A DNA stretch of 33,771 nt from contig JBEKTG010000001.1 in assembly GCA_049516275.1 (NCBI GenBank), positions 1 to 33,771 on the forward strand, read 5' to 3'. A program made the translations under genes and the position numbers. The notes below the pieces were generated by a model. The model ran no database searches, was not told where the DNA came from, and was given only the letters and a program-made list of their open reading frames with translations. Within the stretch, counting starts at the first letter, position 1. Every line of letters starts with the position of its first letter. Of the stretch, positions 28,188 to 33,771 are shown one piece after another. The stretch comes from Candidatus Acidiferrales bacterium (GTDB lineage: Bacteria > Acidobacteriota > Terriglobia > Acidiferrales > UBA7541).

Positions 28188-29160
28188 GGCTGCGTTCTGC
28201 GATGATGCGATGGTGCCCCTCGCCGATAAGCGCTGCGCGTAACTCTTCTTCGGTAATGTGCCCCGACTGGCACTGCCGCTCCAGTTCGCGTGCGGCCGCT
28301 ATCACACTGCGACACACGTTTGAACAGTGCAACTGAATGGCAGCTTTCTGAGGATTGGAGGGGCAAACCTCTGTCTCATAAAGCCGTCCCCGCTCCTCCA
28401 TTTCCTCGATCAGAACGCCCGCGTTACTCTCATGATCCAATTGCGCCGAATTCCATCTCCGCCAGCCGCAAAAGCCTGCCGACTTCAGGAGTCGCTCCAC
28501 CCGTTCCTTGGAGTACCTCTCCAATATGGGTGTGAATGTGTCGTCGAGAAGCACCCGGCGTTTGTTCGCCGCACAACCCATGTTATCGAGTGCCTTCTCT
28601 AGATATTGCTCGCCCAGCAGCGCCGCCAACGGCCGCAAGAGATCGTTTAACGGCCAAAACAATCCTCCGGCGCCGTAAAGCAACAGGTACGTGAATCCGC
28701 CTGGTTTGAGCACGCGGTAAATTTCCTGCAAGCCTTTTTCCACGCACGGCGTGTGGTGCAGCACCCCGCTGCAACAAACGAAGTCGAATTGTTCATCGGG
28801 GAATGGCAGCTCAAGCGCAGACGCATGCATGAAGCGAACGTTGCTTAGCGGGAAAGCCTCCCTTCTTTTTCTTGCATCGGCGAGGCCCGTCTCGCTGAGG
28901 TCGATACCCACAACGCTTCGCGCACCCATCCGAGCCATGGCAAAAGAATACCGGCCGCCGCCGCATCCCACATCAAGGCATACCTTATCTCTGAAGAAAT
29001 CCGGATCCTCGCCGTTCGCAAGCCAGCGAGAGGCAAACAGATCTACAGATTCGGAGAAGAGTTCATCGCCATATCGGGGCCATAATTTGCCGTAAAGGTT
29101 AGCTGTGCGAAGATCAACCGAAGAAAGGGATACGGTTTCCGTGCTATCAGTTTCTCTCAT
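28159..29160 (-). CDS. Class I SAM-dependent methyltransferase (Methyltransf_11/25-like) with about 130-aa C-terminal extension
   Basis: 333 aa with an ATG start. Motif I VCLDVGCGGGRYSFAMARMGARSVVGIDLS, and post-I/II motifs FDFVCCSGVLHH and LKPGGFTYLLLYG. Confidence 0.88.
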   Translation of the reverse strand: MRETDSTETVSLSSVDLRTANLYGKLWPRYGDELFSESVDLFASRWLANGEDPDFFRDKVCLDVGCGGGRYSFAMARMGARSVVGIDLSETGLADARKRREAFPLSNVRFMHASALELPFPDEQFDFVCCSGVLHHTPCVEKGLQEIYRVLKPGGFTYLLLYGAGGLFWPLNDLLRPLAALLGEQYLEKALDNMGCAANKRRVLLDDTFTPILERYSKERVERLLKSAGFCGWRRWNSAQLDHESNAGVLIEEMEERGRLYETEVCPSNPQKAAIQLHCSNVCRSVIAAARELERQCQSGHITEEELRAALIGEGHHRIIAERSLGGKLGHPA

Positions 29161-29219
29161 TTTGACGTTACCAACAGTGGAGCGTGCACTCCAAGATGCA
29201 AGCTGTAACCGTAACTGGC

Positions 29220-29237
29220 TACTAGTACTAACAGTAC
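29220..29237. promoter_or_regulatory. Overlapping palindromes TACTAGTA and GTACT-AAC-AGTAC upstream of the methyltransferase operon (candidate operator)
   Basis: Read directly: ggcTACTAGTACTAACAGTACagt, 60-77 nt upstream of ATG 29160, in an AT-rich stretch. No cognate regulator was identified. Confidence 0.25.
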
Positions 29238-29364
29238 AGTAAACTGCTCAAAACTTAGCAGAGGTTCATATGATGAGTCAATGACCCGATGGTACGGTGT
29301 CAAACCCCGTTAGAAATGAAGGCAGTCCCGGCGGCATTCAGGGCTGTCACGAACCAAGATAGAG

Positions 29365-29801
29365 GTGAAACCGTTTGGGAAAGTTGTCCGCAGCATGTTT
29401 CCGGTTACGCCGCGGTGTCCGTTAGGTGCGGTGAAAAAGCCCGCTTCGCCGATGATGACCAGGGAAGCCATCCCCCCCGGAGCTGCTGGAAGCGCGGAGC
29501 CGTCCTCGGCAAGTTTCCGCCCAATTGAGGGAGCGACCTCCTTAATGATCGGGCCAAGACGCTACTCCGGGGCCCTCTGCAAGTTGAATTGCAGCCGACA
29601 CTTGCTGCGGAGACTTCGCGACGGTTCGTACCATTCGCGGCTCTGCTGGGGCATACCAGCATTCAGATGACAATGCGCCACGTCCCTCCGGCCGTGGAGC
29701 ACAAATGGGAAGCGACTGCAAAGTTTGAAAACTTCAAGGTTGCAGAGGCAGTGCAGCTTGCGCAAAGAGTCAGCAAGGGGCTACAAATTTGGCTAGACTG
29801 A
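29365..29801 (+). pseudogene. Degraded tyrosine recombinase (phage-type integrase) C-terminal remnant
   Basis: Frame of ORF 29589-29801 reads FVPFAALLGHTSIQMTMRHVPPAVEHK, the LLGHxSIxMTxRY box with the catalytic Tyr position reading His. The upstream box-II-like SRHLLRRL (HxLRR) is in a different frame (ORF 29365-29670), so there is at least one frameshift. It ends 45 nt from the tRNA-Pro 3' end. Confidence 0.55.
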
Positions 29802-29845
29802 GGGCCGCCAACTGATGAGCGCCGCTCTCAACTCGTTGAAGATAA

Positions 29846-29922
29846 TGGTCGGGGCGTGGAGATTTGAACTCCAGACCTCCTGCGCCCAAGGCAGGCGCGC
29901 TACCAGGCTGCGCTACGCCCCG
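29846..29922 (-). tRNA. tRNA-Pro (anticodon UGG), CCA encoded
   Basis: The reverse complement is CGGGGCG TA GCGC AGCCTGGTA GCGC G CCTGC CTTGGGC GCAGG AGGTC TGGAG TTCAAAT CTCCA CGCCCCG A CCA. This is a perfect 7/4/5/5 cloverleaf of 77 nt, with anticodon loop CT-TGG-GC. Confidence 0.95.
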
Positions 29923-29941
29923 ACATATCTAACATCTTATT

Positions 29942-30280
29942 CTACCGCAATTTGCGAACATTTCTTCTGCGATGATCGGCCTTGCTGTGCCAAAACTGTC
30001 CCCAATGCGCGCACTTTTTGGATATTGGCACAGATGTGGACCTGTGGGAGTCGGATATGGGAAGCTCGAGGCTCCCGTGCAAGAGCCGGTTCACCAGCCG
30101 TATCGACACGATAATCAGAAGCAGAATTCCCAGCGGCCGGTGGATCGATATCAGCCAATGGTAATCGGCGAGCGAAGCGATCATCGCCACACCGATGCCG
30201 AGCATGGTCAGCACCATCGCCGCCACTAGCCAGTGGAAGAACCGCACCGAACCTGAGAATTGCTTTCGTTCGCTCGTCAT
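29942..30280 (-). pseudogene. Cytochrome b561-family protein, apparently truncated after the second TM helix
   Basis: From ATG 30280: MTSERKQFSGSVRFFHWLVAAMVLTMLGIGVAMIASLADYHWLISIHRPLGILLLIIVSIRLVNRLLHG. This matches the N-terminal half of CybB/YodB-type proteins (HW...H...G...R). The remaining 43 aa are hydrophilic and lack TM3/TM4 and the second His pair. The ORF ends 20 nt from the tRNA 5' end. Confidence 0.6.
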
Positions 30281-30288
30281 GGTCGCGC

Positions 30289-30611
30289 TCACTGTCTTAT
30301 GTCGGCCATCGTAATCGCGCTCGGCTCTGCTTTCTCGCTCGCCCGTCTGGTAAACGATTCGGAATAGACCCCCGACCGGGCGCTCAGCAACGGGTCGTCC
30401 GACGGCGAAATCCCCGTCCGCAAAACCAGCGGATCGAAATTCACCACGTGCGTGGGACTTGTTTCTTCCGCTTCCACCGTGTTTAGGGTCAGGGTTCCCG
30501 CATCCACTTGCTCCCGCCCGGCCGGCCACTCGGAGGTCGAGTTGTTCGTCGAGTCGCCGGGCTGCCCCAAGGTGAGAATCAAATGCCACTTCAGCGGATG
30601 CTGCAGGATGC
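30289..30611 (-). pseudogene. C-terminal fragment of a catalase-related (SrpA-like catalase-family peroxidase) gene
   Basis: The frame of ORF 30289-30735 reads KWHLILTLGQPGDSTNNSTSEWPAGREQVDAGTLTLNTVEAEE...VVNFDPLVLRTGISPSDDPLLSARSGVYSESFTRR. This is the C-terminal FDP...G(I)xPSDDPLLxARxxxYxxSxxRR block of catalase-family proteins. There is no start codon or heme-proximal region, and the upstream part of the frame overlaps the hydrolase gene. Confidence 0.5.
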
Positions 30612-30637
30612 ACTGGCAACAGACGTCCGCACTTGTG

Positions 30638-31435
30638 CTATCGGGAGGCTGAGGCAGTTGCGGCCTTGGCAGCACCGTTCGCTGCCTGTGTGATGACGTC
30701 CGCGACTTTCTCAGGTGCCTGAAGCATGGCGACATGACAAGTGGGCAGCTTAACCGCGACTCCGCCGGATCGTTTCGAAGCGTCTTCTTCCATCGCCGGG
30801 CTCAAGGTGCGATCGTTCATCGAAACCACGTTCCACGACGGCTTTGACTTCCAAGCGACGTGGGTCAACTTCTCATCGAACATAGGTCCGTAAGTCTGTC
30901 CTTGAACCGCCAGTACGAGGCGCCGCTCCGCCATTGGAAGTCCATCTGCGAAGTCATTGATGACGCCTTCTTCAGACAGCGACGCGAAATGCTGCGCATC
31001 GACCTTGATTTCTCTCAGTACGGGGGTTGGGGGAAATGGCTCGCCGGTTTGATTCGCGGACGTACCGATGTCGGGCATCCATGCTGCGACGTATACGAGC
31101 CCAACCACCTTGGGGTTATCTCCGACCTCGGTGATGACAGCGCCTCCCCAGGAGTGCCCCACGAGAATCACCGAACCGTCCTGCATGACGACGATTCGGC
31201 GCGTCGCATTTGCATCGTCAGACAACGACGTGAGCGGATTTTGAACGGCGACGACGTGAAAGCCGCGCTTTTCGAGGATTGGAATGATCTTGGCCCAACT
31301 CGTGCCGTCTGCAAAGGCTCCGTGAACAAGAACTATGTTTTTCGCGGGGGGTTGCTGCGATTGAGCGCCTGTGGCGCCGGAGAACGCGGTGGCGGCTCCG
31401 ATGCTTGCTGCGAGAACACTCTTGGCGATTTTCAT
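30638..31435 (-). CDS. Secreted alpha/beta-fold hydrolase (AB_hydrolase_6 / esterase-like)
   Basis: 265 aa. Strong SD AGGAGG 7 nt upstream of ATG 31435. Signal peptide MKIAKSVLAASIGAATAFSGATGAQS. Contains VLVHGAFADGTSW, the nucleophile elbow GHSWGG, and a C-terminal His in CHVAML. Confidence 0.88.
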   Translation of the reverse strand: MKIAKSVLAASIGAATAFSGATGAQSQQPPAKNIVLVHGAFADGTSWAKIIPILEKRGFHVVAVQNPLTSLSDDANATRRIVVMQDGSVILVGHSWGGAVITEVGDNPKVVGLVYVAAWMPDIGTSANQTGEPFPPTPVLREIKVDAQHFASLSEEGVINDFADGLPMAERRLVLAVQGQTYGPMFDEKLTHVAWKSKPSWNVVSMNDRTLSPAMEEDASKRSGGVAVKLPTCHVAMLQAPEKVADVITQAANGAAKAATASASR

Positions 31436-31486
31436 TTTTCTATCCTCCTGATCGATCTAGAATTTTTAATTACCGTACTAAGCCCA

Positions 31487-31953
31487 CTACGCTCGATGTG
31501 CTTTCGAAGTCTCGGACACTGGGGTCTCCGGCTTCATCTCATACGACCTCTGTAAACTCGCAGGCCGCGTGCCCAGACCGTCCCTGATCTTCTTACTCCA
31601 GGGAGCATCGATGAGACGCTTGGTTTCTTTGAGCATCGACTTTGGTTCGAGATTGCGATAGGTATCAACCTCTCCTGCGGCGACAGCTGTCAGCGTGGCG
31701 TATACCGGTTCCGGATCGAACTGGGCACGGGGGAAGGTAAGCTTCAAGTAGTCGAATAATCTCTGGGAAGAATCGTCTTCCCAACTCCTCCACGTCTCGA
31801 AGCGGCGATCGTTGAAACCTGTGAGGAACGGTAGGGCTGGACCTGGGCCCAGATCTCGACGGTGGCGATTACATCGAATCCCTTCTCCGCAAGTCGCATG
31901 GCGGCCTCATGTCCAAAGCCCGTGCCTGACCCTGTAATCAAGACCTTCTTCAT
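31487..31953 (-). pseudogene. Short-chain dehydrogenase/reductase with internal deletion plus frameshift
   Basis: The N-terminal Rossmann start MKKVLITGSGTGFGHEAAMRLAEKGFDVIATVEIWAQVQ joins directly, in another frame, to the C-terminal tail LTGFNDRRFETWRSWEDDSSQRLFDYLKLTFPRAQFDPEPVY.... The whole catalytic core (NNAG, S-YxxxK) is missing. The total span is about 155 codons against about 250-280 expected. Confidence 0.65.
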
Positions 31954-32078
31954 AGTTTGCCTCCTCAAAGATCTGCCGGCCAGAGAACCGGGCAGAAATC
32001 TCAGCCGAGTTCAATCAGACCGAGCATTGAGCGCACTATCGCCCACAAGGGAAGCAATATCTATTCCATGTTTCTTGA

Positions 32079-32414
32079 ATGCGCTGCGAGCGCGTGGCCT
32101 TGTTGATCACCGCAGCCGCTTTGGGGTGCTGTGTGTTTGCGCGCTTCCATGGGATGCCGCAAGGTGTTTGGGGTGCATTACTATTGATCGAAAGTGGCGC
32201 GGCGCTTCTCCTCCTGTTGGGGTTGTGGACCCCAGTTGCGGGCGTGGTGATAGCGTGCTGTGAGTTATGGATCGTTTTTTCAGGAGGCGGAGAGTTCTGG
32301 CTGCCCCTTGTCTTGGCGACCCTCGGAGCTACTCTCGCAATGATCGGACCCGGTGCTTGCTCTATCGATGCGCTTCTTTTCGGCAGAAAACAGATCAGAC
32401 CTTTTTCTCGTTAG
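32079..32414 (+). CDS. DoxX-like small integral membrane protein (possibly 5'-truncated)
   Basis: 111 aa and hydrophobic. LIESGAALLLLLGLWTPVAGVVIA...LATLGATLAMIGPGACSIDALLFGRK resembles the C-terminal two thirds of DoxX-family proteins (GxGxxSLDxxL ending). An in-frame TGA lies immediately upstream of the ATG. Confidence 0.45.
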   Translation: MRCERVALLITAAALGCCVFARFHGMPQGVWGALLLIESGAALLLLLGLWTPVAGVVIACCELWIVFSGGGEFWLPLVLATLGATLAMIGPGACSIDALLFGRKQIRPFSR

Positions 32415-32813
32415 GCGCCTACCGCAATATGGGTAGCAACGAGCCCACCCATGTGGTTATTTCAAAACCCGCCCATTTGCCGTTTTCTGGGATCCGGTCA
32501 TCAGGGCACAATGACGCCCGATATCGTCAATCACCCCAGTTGACGAAGGGCACAAGGCGACCCGCTGAGGGTCATTTAAGAGCAGCAACAGGATTTAGGA
32601 GATTCCATGCGACGACTTCGACCTGTAATGACGGCAATGCAAACCCCACCAGCATTTGAGCCAAAAGGGGTGAGTGGCTTCCATCGCCACGATCGAGGCA
32701 ACTCCGCACCGCTGCAGGCCGTATTTGCGACCGCTGCGAAAGGTACACATTACAGCTTGCCTTTTGAGGATTTGGGAAGCTTTGGCAGAGGAACCCAGTC
32801 GGGTGGTGGCAAG

Positions 32814-33579
32814 GTGCAATTCGAAGAAACCATCGTGCATATCCTCCGCGACGATCCCGTTAGAACAAAGCAGCTGACGGAATTTTTTTGCTTCGAAGGG
32901 ACTGAGCGTCGTTACTTTCAGAACCGCTGCCGAATATATGTCGGCCGCGCGGGACGATAGACCTACGTGCTTGGTCCTCGATTTGAGCTTTCCCCATCTG
33001 CACGGACTATATATCCAAAGCAGGCTAGCCCAGAGAGGTGCTCCTCCAGTCGTTTTTGTAACATCAAACGGCGATCCCGTTTCTGTGGTGCGCGCCATGA
33101 AGAATGGAGCAATCGATTTTATAGTTGAACCAATTGATTACGCCCATTTGATGGCCGCCGTCGAATTCGCTTTGGCCGAGGACTTGAAAAATCGCAGTGA
33201 GCGGATCGAACGGACGTCCTTGCTTGCACGGTGGCGGTCTCTGACGCCGCGGGAAAGAGAAGTATTTCACCACACCGTGGCAGGGCTCTTGAACAAGCAG
33301 GCTATTGCAGAACTGGGTGTAGCTGAAAACACTTACCAGGTTCATCGAGGTCGCGTTATGCGGAAGGTGAAGGCAAATTCCTTGGCGGACCTTGTGCGCA
33401 TGTCCACAAAACTTGAACCGATCCTTCGGACACAGTGCCAAGGAGAATCTGATGCGCCGCGTCCGATGTGTTCCCTCGAAGAACCGATTACCATTCTAAC
33501 TTCTCACGCTCCAACGTATCGACTTCCAGAGTTGCAAAGACAAGGAAGTGGGAGGGCCAGCGTAGTCCGCGCTTCTTGA
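32814..33579 (+). pseudogene. FixJ/LuxR-family response regulator (receiver plus LuxR HTH) interrupted by a frameshift in a T7 run
   Basis: Frame 0 reads (V)QFEETIVHILRDDPVRTKQLTEFF. After the T7 run at 32883-32889, the +1 frame continues ASKGLSVVTFRTAAEYMSAARDDRPTCLVLDLSFPHLHGL...VVFVTSNGD...AIDFIVEP...LTPREREVFHHTVAGLLNKQAIAELGVAENTYQVHRGRVMRKV. Removing one T restores a continuous FixJ-like protein. Confidence 0.75.
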
Positions 33580-33631
33580 ACGCGCCATGCCAGCAGCGTT
33601 AAATTGGCCAACATCACCAAGGGCGACATTG

Positions 33632-33771
33632 ATGAATACTGCGATTACTGAACGAATGCTGATCGAAGGATGTAAGGCTAGGAATCACGTCGCACTCGCG
33701 GAGCTAATTCACCAGAACTCGCCCACTGTGCGGCGCGTAATTCGTGCTATTACACGCGGCCCCGCAGATGT
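33632..33771 (+). CDS. ECF-type RNA polymerase sigma-70 family factor, 5' part only (runs off the window)
   Basis: My translation is MNTAITERMLIEGCKARNHVALAELIHQNSPTVRRVIRAITRGPADV.... It fits the region-2 opening of ECF sigma factors (L..r...gd..Af.eL...y...v.r.......AeD). It is not in the ORF track because no stop lies in the window. Confidence 0.5.
   Translation, partial: MNTAITERMLIEGCKARNHVALAELIHQNSPTVRRVIRAITRGPAD

Noticed and set aside
31862-32263. 133-aa plus-strand ORF
   Set aside because: Its first part is antisense to the SDR remnant. It then crosses the intergenic region and overlaps the 5' part of the DoxX-like ORF in another frame, and it has a shadow-like composition.
32650-32813. 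Possible histidine-kinase C-terminal remnant upstream of the FixJ-like regulator (…AVFATAAKGTHYSL…GGGKVQF…, vaguely like FFTTKxxGxGxGL…GGxxFxF)
   Set aside because: The similarity is too degenerate and gapped to support by eye. It would need a blastx or HMM check.
32595-33098. 167-aa minus-strand ORF
   Set aside because: It is antisense to the clearly recognisable FixJ/LuxR response-regulator frames and has no motifs of its own.

Overview
High-GC bacterial chromosomal segment. The protein families look Acidobacteriota/Terriglobia-like, but that attribution is inference only. (1) 1-8.2 kb holds tightly packed ordinary genes: an MscS-family channel running off the left edge, an HExxH protein, a SAM methyltransferase, DinB, GH15, a 3-oxoadipyl-CoA-type thiolase and a YheT-type hydrolase. 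Three convergent pairs there share 4-nt overlapping stop codons. (2) 8.2-12.4 kb is visibly more AT-rich and regulatory or decayed: a Crp N-terminal fragment, a receiver-like protein lacking the phospho-Asp, a SpoIIE/PP2C phosphatase and an intact Crp/Fnr regulator. (3) 12.4-25.6 kb is the most interesting part. Two adjacent same-strand giant secreted protein genes (about 2290 and 1953 aa) have different enzyme-like heads: a propeller plus right-handed beta-helix, versus a GH32/43-like propeller plus LamG. Their tails alternate Ig-like spacers (Big_2, MBG/YG-type, He_PIG) with seven copies of a 163-165 aa Trp-rich module that I cannot assign to any known domain family. Both proteins end exactly at the end of a module copy (SGVFFK-stop). 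(4) 25.6-29.2 kb is a convergent three-gene minus-strand operon: SAM methyltransferase, PhyH-type Fe/2OG dioxygenase, and a cytochrome c-PQQ quinohemoprotein dehydrogenase. (5) 29.3-33.8 kb holds a tRNA-Pro(UGG) with a degraded tyrosine-integrase remnant next to its 3' end, then a pseudogene-rich stretch: truncated cytochrome b561, a catalase-related fragment, an internally deleted SDR and a FixJ/LuxR response regulator frameshifted in a T7 run. That stretch also contains an intact secreted alpha/beta hydrolase, a DoxX-like protein and the start of an ECF sigma factor. No CRISPR array, rRNA or intact transposase was seen. All family calls rest on motif recognition by eye; no database search was run.
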